Shown: positions 42,870 to 54,572 of the stretch, one piece after another | Layout of the letters: the number at the start of each line of letters is the position of its first letter | Numbering within the stretch: the stretch's first letter is position 1 | NCBI GenBank assembly: GCA_951406725.2 | Contig: OX597819.1 | Location: forward strand, 47,058,001 to 47,122,000 | Source: Octopus vulgaris | Taxonomy: Eukaryota | Length of the DNA: 64,000 nucleotides | Reading direction: 5' to 3' | The notes under the pieces: generated by a model | Database searches by the model: none | What the model was told of the DNA's origin: nothing | The model's input: the letters and a program-made list of their open reading frames with translations, nothing else | Made by a program: the position numbers and the translations under genes

Positions 42870-43035
42870 AAAAAGGGACAGGCAAAACAGGTTGCTTGAC
42901 CGCATACCGAAAAAATAGAAATAGCAGTCAAGAATGCTTATTTCTATCAAAGTTGGACTCCGGGCATGACAGACCCTGTAATTCACATATGCAAAACAGA
43001 AGGAATAGATAACGAATACGAAGTCTGGCGGTTAT

Positions 43036-43146
43036 CTGTGAACATCATGTTTCTGGATTATAAACATATTGAATATATATTCCATATATTTTTGATATAT
43101 ATTTCATATATATTGCATATATATTTCACATCCTTCTTCAGCACAG
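43036..43146 (-). ncRNA. Type I hammerhead ribozyme candidate, long stem II variant (array copy 1)
   Basis: CTGTG-CTGAAGA-A-GGAT...ATCC-A-GAAA-CATGATG-TT-CACAG. Confidence 0.65.
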
Positions 43147-43651
43147 CTTTCCATTGAAAAAGATTTATCATAGATTTATCAAATGCTACGTACCTCAAAC
43201 CTTCTGACCATGCGACATCAAAATATTTGAAGAAAGTGAGCAAAGGCTAAACCTACATAGACGTTTGAATTCATAAATCTTCCCTCCAAAATTTTGCCAT
43301 GCGCATTACAGTTAGGTTGTCAAAGGGAGTGAAAAATCCAAATAGTAATATAATGATAAGAGTAAATAATTTCTATAAAGGCTTTTAAAAAAACCCCAAT
43401 TATTTACTGGTAGAATTCGGTATGTAAATATAGCCGATTACCGGCAGGAACTTCTGTAAAGTTCAGTATATATATTGTATATAAGAAAAAGGGACAGGCA
43501 AAACAGGTTGCTTGACCGCATACCGAAAAAATAGAAATAGCAGTCAAGAATGCTTATTTCTATCAAAGTTGGACTCCGGGCATGACAGACCCTGTAATTC
43601 ACATATGCAAAACAGAAGGAATAGATAACGAATACGAAGTCTGGCGGTTAT

Positions 43652-43762
43652 CTGTGAACATCATGTTTCTGGATTATAAACATATTGAATATATATTCCA
43701 TATATTTTTGATATATATTTCATATATATTGCATATATATTTCACATCCTTCTTCAGCACAG
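43652..43762 (-). ncRNA. Hammerhead candidate (array copy 2)
   Basis: Same as 43036-43146, offset by 616. Confidence 0.65.
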
Positions 43763-44267
43763 CTTTCCATTGAAAAAGATTTATCATAGATTTATCAAAT
43801 GCTACGTACCTCAAACCTTCTGACCATGCGACATCAAAATATTTGAAGAAAGTGAGCAAAGGCTAAACCTACATAGACGTTTGAATTCATAAATCTTCCC
43901 TCCAAAATTTTGCCATGCGCATTACAGTTAGGTTGTCAAAGGGAGTGAAAAATCCAAATAGTAATATAATGATAAGAGTAAATAATTTCTATAAAGGCTT
44001 TTAAAAAAACCCCAATTATTTACTGGTAGAATTCGGTATGTAAATATAGCCGATTACCGGCAGGAACTTCTGTAAAGTTCAGTATATATATTGTATATAA
44101 GAGAAAGGGACAGGCAAAACAGGTTGCTTGACCGCATACCGAAAAAATAGAAATAGCAGTCAAGAATGCTTATTTCTATCAAAGTTGGACTCCGGGCATG
44201 ACAGACCCTGTAATTCACATATGCAAAACAGAAGGAATAGATAACGAATACGAAGTCTGGCGGTTAT

Positions 44268-44378
44268 CTGTGAACATCATGTTTCTGGATTATAAACATA
44301 TTGAATATATATTCCATATATTTTTGATATATATTTCATATATATTGCATATATATTTCACATCCTTCTTCAGCACAG
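44268..44378 (-). ncRNA. Hammerhead candidate (array copy 3)
   Basis: Same as 43036-43146, offset by 1232. Confidence 0.65.
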
Positions 44379-44490
44379 CTTTCCATTGAAAAAGATTTAT
44401 CATAGATTTATCAAATGCTACGTACCTCAAACCTTCTGACCATGCGACATCAAAATATTTGAAGAAAGTGAGCAAATGCTAAACCTACAT

Positions 44491-45297
44491 TATTTTTTCG
44501 GTATCGGTCAAGCAACCTGTTTTGCCTGTCCCTTTTTCTTATATACAATATATATACTGAACTTTACAGAAGTTCCTGCCGGTAATCGGCTATATTTACA
44601 TACCGAATTCTACCAGTAAATAATTGGGTTTTTTTTAAAAGCCTTTATAGAAATTATTTACTCTTATCATTATATTACTATTTGGATTTTTCACTCCCTT
44701 TGACAACCTAACTGTAATGCGCATGGCAAAATTTTGGAGGGAAGATTTATGAATTCAAACGTCTATGTAGGTTTAGCCTTTGCTCACTTTCTTCAAATAT
44801 TTTGATGTCGCATGGTCAGAAGGTTTGAGGTACGTAGCATTTGATAGATCTATGATAAATCTTTTTCAATGGAAAGCTGTGCTGAAGAAGGATGTGAAAT
44901 ATATATGCAATATATATGAAATATATATCAAAAATATATGGAATATATATTCAATATGTTTATAATCCAGAAACATGATGTTCACAGATAACCGCCAGAC
45001 TTCGTATTCGTTATCTATTCCTTCTGTTTTGCATATGTGAATTACAGGGTCTGTCATGCCCGGAGTCTAACTTTGATAGAAATAAGCATTCTTGACTGCT
45101 ATTTCTATTTTTTCGGTATGCGGTCAAGCAACCTGTTTTGCCTGTCCCTTTTTCTTATATACAATATATATACTGAACTTTACAGAAGTTCCTGCCGGTA
45201 ATCGGCTATATTTACATACCGAATTCTACCAGTAAATAATTGGGGTTTTTTTAAAAGCCTTTATAGAAATTATTTACTCTTATCATTATATTACTAT
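44491..45297 (+). repeat. Inverted arm of the 616-bp array (1.3 units)
   Basis: Reverse complement of 43342-44149 with a 1-bp deletion and a few substitutions. Confidence 0.95.
44877..44987 (+). ncRNA. Hammerhead candidate (inverted arm)
   Basis: CTGTG 44877-81, CTGAAGA 44882-88, GGAT 44890-93 / ATCC 44965-68, GAAA 44970-73, GTT ending 44982, CACAG 44983-87. Confidence 0.65.
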
Positions 45298-45330
<33 letters not shown>

Positions 45331-45579
45331 CGACAGGCTTCTTTCAGTTTCCGTCTACCAAATCCACTCACAAGGCTTTGGTCGGTCCGAGGCTATTGTA
45401 GAAGACAGTTGCCCAAGGATCCACGCAGTGGAACTGAACCCGGATTCAAGCTACTTACCACACAACCACTCCTGCGCCTATAAATATATATATATTTGCA
45501 TTACATTTTCAGTATTGAGCATTCTCTTTTTGCCTACACAGGAGTCTTCGCATTAATGTGCTTACATAATTTTTAATAT

Positions 45580-45995
45580 AGGCGTGACTGCGTAGTGAGA
45601 AGCTTGCTTCCCAACCGCATTGTTATGGGTTCGTCCCACTGCGAGGCACCTTGGGCAAGTGTCTTCTACTATAGTCTCGGGCCGGCCTTGTGAGTGGATT
45701 TAATAGAGGGAAACTGAAAGACGCCTATCGTATATAGGCACATGTGTGTCTGTGTGCTTGCGTGCGTATGTGTATGTGTGTGCGTGCATGTGTGTGTGTG
45801 TGTTTATTCCCCCCACCATCGCTTGATAACCGATGCTAGTGTGTTTTCTGTCCCCGTAACTTTGCGATTCAGCAAAAGGCCCCCATAGAATAAGCGGTAC
45901 TAGGTTTACAAAGAATAAGTCCTGTGGTCGATTTCGCGACAAAAACACTTTAAGATGGTGCTCCTGCATGGCCGCTGTCGAATGACAAAACAAAT
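45580..45995 (+). mobile_element. SINE family B
   Basis: CACCTTGGGCAAGTGTCTTCTACTATAG and family tail. Confidence 0.85.
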
Positions 45996-46174
45996 AAAAA
46001 AAATATGTGTGTGTGTGTGAGTGTGACAGTGTGTGTGCGTGTGTGCGTATTTATATATGCACATACATTATGTATGTGTGTATATGTGTAATTCGACGAA
46101 GCTACACACACAGATGCGTATGTATGTATGTATGTATGGATGGATGGATGGATGGATGGATGGATGTGTGTGTG

Positions 46175-46394
46175 CATGGCCTAGTGGTTTGGTCGTTGCA
46201 CTCACGATCGCTAGACCCCCCACCTGCAAGGTCATCTGCTGTATATCTTGATATGAGATCACCATGTCGCGCACATATGGTTGTGATGCATGTGCCTAGT
46301 GTACTCTTATCAGACGGGTAGTCATGATGGGTATACTGGGCTTCGTATATTTTACCCCAGTGTCACTTTGATACCATGCACTGCTCTCTCACTC

Positions 46395-46395
<1 letters not shown>
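46175..46395 (+). mobile_element. Probable SINE with a deleted tRNA-like head and (AAT)n tail
   Basis: TGGCCTAGTGGTT...ACTCACGATCG head resembling families C and D, a body seen only here, then (AAT)n. Confidence 0.45.
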
Positions 46396-46462
<67 letters not shown>

Positions 46463-46509
46463 TAATAATAATGTGTGTATACACGCGCGCGCGCGCGCGG
46501 CCTGGCATG

Positions 46510-47200
46510 AAGTATATTTGTTCCTCAATAAGTAATGTATATCGCATATCATTTCCGTTGTGGAGCCATCCCCTTCGAAACAGCCATTTTGAAAGTGCAC
46601 ACAGCGCGTATACAAGGTATTCTCCATGCCAAAAACTCTTCCCGAAAGTTCTGCAATTCCGTCTCAAAGTGGCACCATTCACGTTCAGTTTAATTTTAAA
46701 GAAATACGGTGATGTCAGAAGGGGATGGATAGATGAGATAAGCATAGAGTGCGTTTTATGACCGCCATGTTGTTCTTAGTTAGAAACTTCACAGCCACAG
46801 GTTTGGCTCCATGAAAATCTTCTTGCAGACATCATAACTGATTCCAATCATGTGAGAAATTGGCGGATTATTCGGCGACGATCCTCATGGATAGGTTCAT
46901 GACATTTTCCGACATTTTTCGACATTTTTAAACATTTTGAGCTTGAACTGATACTGGACTAGATTTGCAGCTTTGCACACAGCTCAAAAACCTGTTTTCG
47001 ATCTAAATAAGATTTGTGAAACACATGGCAAAAGCATTTCAAGAGCCTCAGTAGCGGATTTGCCATTCTTCATTCAGGCACGTTGCTCGAATTTGTCGGC
47101 CATAGTTAAAATCGCAAAGCCTTTCTGACATAACGTTACAAAAGATAACGTAGTAATTAAACATGAGCAGATAACATGAAACCTGTTTGTAGTGTGACTC
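46510..47200 (-). mobile_element. Decayed mariner transposon
   Basis: From 47103 on minus: MADKFEQRA*MKNGKSATEALEML, then LDRKQVFE, matching the mariner N-terminal HTH region. Confidence 0.7.
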
Positions 47201-47553
47201 AGTAGGCTAGTTACCAAAGAGCGTTGGCTGCACATGCATTTCTGTTGAAGGGTATAATTACAGCACATGCAGTCCGGAAATTACCTAATGACACTGTGTG
47301 GGGGGGAGGAGATGTGCATGTGTGTGTGAGTGTGTGTGAGTGTTTGTGTGTATTTGTGCATGTGCCTGTTTGTGTGTGTATGTCTAAATATTTACACATA
47401 CATACACACATATATAAATTGAGATAGATAAATAGATATACATATACATACATATATACATAGAAGTAGCAGATGCAGTTATAATATACGTACATACATA
47501 CATACATACAAACACACACATACACACATACATAGACATATACATACATACAT

Positions 47554-47584
<31 letters not shown>

Positions 47585-47636
47585 TACATACATACATACA
47601 TACATACATACATACATACATACATACATACATACA

Positions 47637-47668
<32 letters not shown>

Positions 47669-47809
47669 AGAATTACATCCCGAAGTGTGGTTTTGTTCAG
47701 TCAGTTGATAGTATTCGTCAAAAGATTTGAAAGTAAGTAATCATATAACTTTAGATGTGTCGTCATATAGATCACTAGTTGTCATCTGTTATGCTTCAGT
47801 GGGAAGCCT

Positions 47810-48110
47810 TCTTTAGAATCCTCAAGGAAGAATTTGGCCATGCATGAGGCTCAGTCTTTTTATTTATGATTTGGGTAGGACGGTCATGGATGTGGGGTTA
47901 CTGTGTGAGATCTCATGATTGTGGTGCGTTCTTAAAGGTTTTTGCCATATTTAGCACTGTGTGTGAGATACCAGTGAACTTTCTTTGTCTTTCTATTTCT
48001 AAATATATTTTGAGAGTGCGGTGGGATTTCTCAAGTGAAGAAACCGCGACGAGCTGTTGTGCTGATGAAAGCGAGTATACTGTAATCAATATATAGGTTG
48101 TTCATGTGGG
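47810..48110 (-). mobile_element. Possible Penelope-like GIY-YIG endonuclease C-terminal remnant
   Basis: Minus-strand pieces YIDYSILAF, RKFTGISHTV, IINKKTE and SCMAKFFL resemble the LNKRSEL.SKCRH..KFLL-type terminus; very decayed. Confidence 0.35.
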
Positions 48111-49677
48111 GGAGATGTAGCCTCTGTGATTAGTGGATCATGGAATTGGTTTGCTCTGAATGTTGTAATTTGCAGATGGCTAATCTGAGATGTGTTTCTT
48201 AAACATCTTAACAGTCAATTACATGTTTGATACGTATTTGCGTGCTTGGACAGAAATATACGTACGAACATGTATTCATATATACATACATATATTTATA
48301 CATGCATAAATGCAATCGTTCATATATATGGGGGAGTGTACATATACATAAATACATATATACATTGTTATGTACAATTTATGCAAGCATGCACGAATTC
48401 ACACATTCCACAAGCAAATACTTTTACACACTCAAACATGCATATTCACAAACATACATACATACATACATACATACATACATACATACATACATACATA
48501 CATACATACATACATACATAAAAAATACCCTGTTGTTGATGTTGAATTTCCAATATAGGAGCCTTGGATCTAGGTTAGAAACCGGCTCTTTCTCTATTGG
48601 CAAGAAATCTTGAAATAAAACTGAACAATGTTATACAAGAAGCAATGATTTATAAAAGGAATTTATTTGAATCACACACGTTACATAGACGCACATACAC
48701 ACAAATACATATGCGCGCACACAAATACATACACAAGAAAGAAGCAATTTTAAACACACATACAAACATTCACATACACACAGATACATATACTTAAAAT
48801 CATACATTCATACAAATACATTTCAATGCATACACACACTTGTTATATGCGTACAGTAATACACACATAAATACGCAATCGCATACACATAAAGACCCTA
48901 TATTAAAAAATTACGCATGCGCACACACAGATATACGCACATACACAAACATAGGCCAGCATATATGCATTCATATATGTGCCTACATAAATACCAACAC
49001 ATACAGCCATACATACATACATGTATTCGGAGATTTAAACATGTATACATACATACATATACAAATACTCCCATATATATCCATGCGCATATACATGATA
49101 TACATATACATACGTACATGCATACATATATACATACATATACATATATACATGCATACTCACGCATAAACGTATATATATATAAACAGACAGATACATG
49201 GATTCACACATACATATACATGTATATAAAGACACCGATACATACAGGCATAAGCATATATATACATACATACATACATACATACATACATACATACATA
49301 CATACATACATACATACATACATACATACATACATACATACATACATACACACCGACACACATTCATACATATACATACCCCGACACATACACCATACAT
49401 ACACTCACACATACATAGATACATACATATACACTAACACATACATACATCATATATACATACATACATACATACATACATACACACACACACATACACG
49501 CACATACACACACACACACACATACACACAAACACACTTGCACACACGTGTGCGTGCGCACACGCAATGGTTTGCTAAGAGGAACTATCTCTGACAATTA
49601 AAATGCTTCGAAATTCTACCAAAATTATTTGTGAGCGGCTTTTTGGCCGCGGGTAGAAAACGGGTGGGAAGCAAAGT

Positions 49678-49787
49678 GGGCGTGGTAGGAGAATAACAAT
49701 GGTAGGACTGTTTTTAGAGGGTGGCCTTGGAAAACATAGACACACAAGTTTCTTTCACCAGAGGCAGCCAATGAAATAACCACGCCC
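49678..49787. promoter_or_regulatory. Candidate Sp/KLF plus NF-Y motif cluster
   Basis: GGGCGTGG 49678-85, AGCCAATGA 49766-74 and CCACGCCC 49780-87 in non-repetitive sequence; motif matches only. Confidence 0.3.
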
Positions 49788-50299
49788 ACAAATTACTTCT
49801 TGACAACGTTCTTTGTTAATCTTTTTTCTTCTTTTGGCAATTAAAAACTTTTTTATTGCTCTTCCTCCTACTACTACTATTACTACTACTACTGCTACTA
49901 CTACTACTACTGTATATTTTGCTCCTTAGTTTTCTCATTCTCCACCTCCTTTTTTTTTTATTTTTCTTCTTCCTTTATCACCTCCTAGTCTTTAATTTCA
50001 CACGTTTTATTCCGTCTTACAATTGCGTTTCTCTCGTTATCTCTCTTTCTCTCCCGTTTTCTTTGACACACAAACACACACACATATACACAAGAACGCA
50101 CGCACGCGCGCGTGAATCTCTTTCCGTCTGACTTCTACACCTCATTGGAAACCTAATTTCTCAGGTAAAATAAGACGGTTGAGCGTCAAGTATTCACACA
50201 TCCAAACGTAAGCGGGCTCATTCCATATGCATGCGTGTATGTGCGTGTATGTGCGTGTATGTGTGTGCGCGTGTGTGCATATACATGTGGGTGTATGTG

Positions 50300-50975
<676 letters not shown>

Positions 50976-50981
50976 AATAAG

Positions 50982-51107
50982 TTTCTTTATTAGCCACACA
51001 GAGTCGAACACAGGGGACAAAATACAATGTAGGGCTTTTCTTTTTGAAAATAGAAAAAAAAGGAGAAAAATAAAACTCCGATTTAAAGGGATCATGAAAA
51101 AAAAAAC
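50982..51107 (-). mobile_element. Short 3'-UTR fragment of a Tx1-like LINE
   Basis: TTTCTTTATTAGCCACACAG...AAAGGGATC, homologous to 51156-51285. Confidence 0.7.
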
Positions 51108-51108
51108 G

Positions 51109-51153
<45 letters not shown>

Positions 51154-51155
51154 TG

Positions 51156-51224
51156 TTTCTTTATTAGCCACACAGGGCTGCACACAGATAGAACAAATTA
51201 CACGGTAGAGCTTTTCTTTTGAAG

Positions 51225-51258
<34 letters not shown>

Positions 51259-52260
51259 AAGGGGAGTTTCGATCAAAAGGGATCGTAAAAGGAGAGAAAG
51301 AGGACAAAAAAGGGGGGTTAAGAAAAAGGGGAGAGAAAAAAAAAAAAAAAAAAAAAAAATTGATCAATAGGGATCGTTATCACAGAAATGTCAATATGAA
51401 GTGTAAAGGGGAGGACAGGTGAGGTTTACCCGTGGAAAGAAAAGCCTACGGAAAAGACCACGGTAACCTCGGTCAATGAAGTCACATTTTATATTTCTTT
51501 TTTTTTTTTTTGCAAATAAGCAACTCTCTGTTTTCGATTTCTGGGTTCATAGGACTATGCTCAAGGTGGCTTCGTCATTCATACGTGCCATTCTTGCTAC
51601 ATTCACCCATCTTTTTTTAAAACATTCGCTAGACAAAACTTGCCTCTCTACTCTCACTTTCCTTTTCAAGTGGTACTTGAAGAAGTTGATGAGAGATTGA
51701 CCAGAGAGGAAAGTGTTTGTCTCCAATCCTTTCAGACGCGTCCACCAGATACATTCCTTCGCCATAGCCACAAGGATGATGAAAATAGCTCTTCCTTCCC
51801 GTTTGAAGGAAGGAGGCGTGACAATATTGACGATAGACTCAGCTGATAAACCGACTCGTCCCACACGTGACAGCAGTTGTTCGACATAAGCCCACAGGTC
51901 GGAAATTGTTGGACACTGAACGAGTGCGTGCAGAACGGTTTCGTCGCTCTGACCGCATCTCGGGCAGGTCGGCCCCGTGTTTCTCGAGCCGTGTCTGTAG
52001 AGCTTATCCCGAACGGGTAGCGCTTCTCGGTAGCACTGCCAGGCCAGGGATCTCTGGAAGTTGTCCATGGGCCCTGGCCCGAAAGTCGTCCTGAACAGGC
52101 GGGTCAGGTACTCCTCGTCGACGTCCAGGTTCGCCCCGAGCTCGTCGTCGTACCTCCCCTCCACTAAACCCCTATAGAATGCTTTGGTTGTGTTGAAGTC
52201 ACTTAAGGTCGACCCAGGACGGCAGAGTTGCTTGAGAGCAACGCGACACTCGCGGTGCCA
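51156..52260 (-). mobile_element. 5'-truncated Tx1/L1-clade LINE (ORF2 C-terminus with zf-RVT, plus 3' UTR)
   Basis: Open frame 52260-51547 with AWQCYREALPVRDKL...CPRCGQSDETVLHALVQC; AATAAA terminus; flanked by (GATA)n on both sides. Confidence 0.9.
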
Positions 52261-52815
52261 GATAGATAGATAGATAGGAAGAAATAAATAAATAAATAAA
52301 GAAAGAAAGAAAGAAAGAAAGGAAGAAAGGAAGAAAGAAAGGGGGAAAACAGACGAATGGATAATTCTTCCCTCTCGTTCTATTTTCTTCACAGTTGACA
52401 CTCTAGTCATAGCTGATCAAGAACTGGGATCGATTCAATCGACTAAGCACATTCGCACATTTCTGACGTATTCTGAAAACCATTTTTCTACAGCGCCACC
52501 TGGTGCACTTCCGTGTTCCTGTGAAGCGTACAGCGTAGTGTTCTTACTTTTGAGGGGGATTTGGGGGCAGGTATAGACTCCTCCTGTTGGTTTACTCCAT
52601 CAGTTTGTTCTATTATGGCATTTAGTTTCTTGTTTCTTGGTAAAAATTGGTTTCGAATTTTGGCACGAGGCCAGCAATTTCTGGGTAGTGACTAAGTCGA
52701 TTACATCGATCCCACTCTTCAACTGGAACTTGTTTTATGTTTCTTGTTATATTGGTTTCAAATTTTGGAACAAGGCCAGCAGTTTCGGCAGAGGGGGGTA
52801 AGTCGATTATTTATG

Positions 52816-52870
<55 letters not shown>

Positions 52871-52890
52871 GTGCGTGAGAGTGTGTATAT

Positions 52891-53212
52891 GAAGGCGCGT
52901 GGCTTAGTGGTTAAGGCATTTGGCTCACGATCGTAAGATCGTGATTTCAATTCCTGGCGGCGCGTTGTGTCCTTGAGCAAGACACTTTATTTCATGTTGC
53001 TCCAATCCACTCAACTGACAAAGATGAGTAGTACCTGAAATTTCAAAGGGCCAGCCTTGTCACACTCTGTGTTACGCTGAATCTCCCTGAGAACTACGTT
53101 AAGGGTACACGTGTCTGTGGAGTGCTCAGCCACTTGCACGTTAATTTCACGAGCAAGCTGTTCCGTTGATCGTATCACCTGGGACCCTCGTAGTCGCAAC
53201 CGACGGAGTTAC
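52891..53212 (+). mobile_element. SINE with family C head and CORE but a different (Deu/Nin-like) tail
   Basis: TTGTGTCCTTGAGCAAGACACTT followed by ...CAGCCACTTGCACGTTAA...; the domain name is tentative. Confidence 0.8.
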
Positions 53213-53234
53213 CATATATATATATATATATATA

Positions 53235-53285
53235 TTGTGCTGAAGAAGGTAAGAACTTTGTGTCAGACTAAAAACTGGTCCATAT
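53235..53285 (+). ncRNA. Decayed hammerhead of the same variant architecture
   Basis: TGTG-CTGAAGA-A-GGT...ACT-A-AAAA-CTGG-TC-CATA (G12 changed to A), directly after (TA)n. Confidence 0.4.
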
Positions 53286-53464
53286 ATATAGCTTTAGGCT
53301 ATAATGTTATCTGAGAAATCTTTTTCTGTTCGCTTGCCCGTATACTGTTGTATCTGTTATTTTCAGTGTAATTTTTCGTAATCCAAATGAGGATTTTAAC
53401 TCTTATTTCTAGCAGGCAGACACTTCAATGTGTCCTTTGGTTAATATATATGCATATACGTATA

Positions 53465-53755
53465 TTGGTTTCAAATTTTGGCACAAGGCCAGCATGTTCG
53501 AGGAGGGGGTTAAGTCGATTACATCGACCCCACTGCTCAACTGGCACTTATTTCATCGACTCTGAGAAAGACAAAGTCGGCCTCAGCGGAATTTGAACTC
53601 TGAACGTACAGACGGACGAAATTCCGTAAAACATTTTGCCCGGTGTGCTAACGATTCTTATTTCTTCATTGCTCACAAGGAGCTAAACATAGATTGGACA
53701 AACAAGGACAGACAAAGGGATTAAGTCGATTACATCGACCCTAGTGCGTAACTGA
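53465..53755 (-). mobile_element. SINE family A dimer, truncated
   Basis: Same junction as in 829-1256. Confidence 0.8.
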
Positions 53756-53805
53756 AATAACACAACCGAATTACACGAGCACCGCACGATACAAGAAATA
53801 CTAAT

Positions 53806-54205
53806 GCGGCGAGCTGGTAGAATCGTTAGCACGCCGGGCGAAATGCTTAGCGGTATTTCGACTGCTATTACGTTCTGAGTTCAAATTCCGCCGAGGTCAA
53901 CTTTGCCTTTCATCCTTTCGGGGTCGATTAAATAAGTACCAGTTACGCACTGGGGTCGATATAATCGACATAATGCGTTTGTCTGTCCTTGTTTGTCCTC
54001 TCTGTGTTTAGCTCCTTGTGGGTAGTAAAGAAATAGGTATTTCGTCTGCCGTTACGTTCTGAGTTCAAATTCCGCCGAGGTCGACTTTGCCATTCATCCT
54101 TTCGGGGTCGATAAATTAAGTACCAGTTGCGTACTGGGGTTTATCTAATCGAGTGGCCCCTTCCCCTAAAATTTCGGGCATTGTGCCTAGAGTAGAAAAG
54201 AATAT
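53806..54205 (+). mobile_element. Dimeric SINE family A
   Basis: Two bodies with little divergence from other copies. Confidence 0.9.
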
Positions 54206-54572
54206 TTATATTGTATGTATGTATGTAGGTAGGTAAGTATATATGTATATGGTTAGGTATACCGCCGATTTTCTGACATCTTTCGTCCCAAAGCCTTGAC
54301 GGATTTACCGTTTCGCTGGACCATCCTTGGTCAAGTAATAATAATACATCAACATACCTCTAATCTAGTAATTATACACTAATTACTAATTATGTCACAC
54401 AGTTCACGTACTGAAACGCCACGGTTCATGTTATTTTTCTCAAAAATTCTTTATCTTGGATTCATAAACGAGCTGGACCCGTGAAAAATTCACGGAAAAT
54501 ATTAAAAAATGTAAGCATCTGTAAATTGTGTGCAGGTGCCATGAGAAATATTTCTATATTGTGACAGTTAAA

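Larger units (their letters stand above)
42867..44490 (-). repeat. Direct array of a 616-bp hammerhead-containing unit (2.64 copies)
   Basis: Units start at 42867, 43483 and 44099; near-identical (two substitutions noticed in copy 3). Confidence 0.97.
42590..45478 (-). mobile_element. SINE family B split by a 2.4-kb insertion in its internal (TA)n
   Basis: 3' half at 42590-42815 and 5' half at 45320-45478; compare the uninterrupted copy at 58606-59035. Confidence 0.9.

Noticed and set aside
44882-44920. Alternative short hammerhead using the first GAAA (CTGAAGA-AGGATGT-GAAA)
   Set aside because: Gives G at position 17 and no stem I pairing; the distal GAAA at 44970 satisfies all three stems.
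42966-45057. Repeated 63-aa and 61-aa ORFs in the 616-bp unit
   Set aside because: Short, overlapping on both strands, AT-biased and without a recognisable motif; they recur only because the DNA is repeated.
52261-52410. N-terminal 50 aa of the 287-aa ORF
   Set aside because: Read-through into flanking microsatellite beyond the LINE 5' truncation point.
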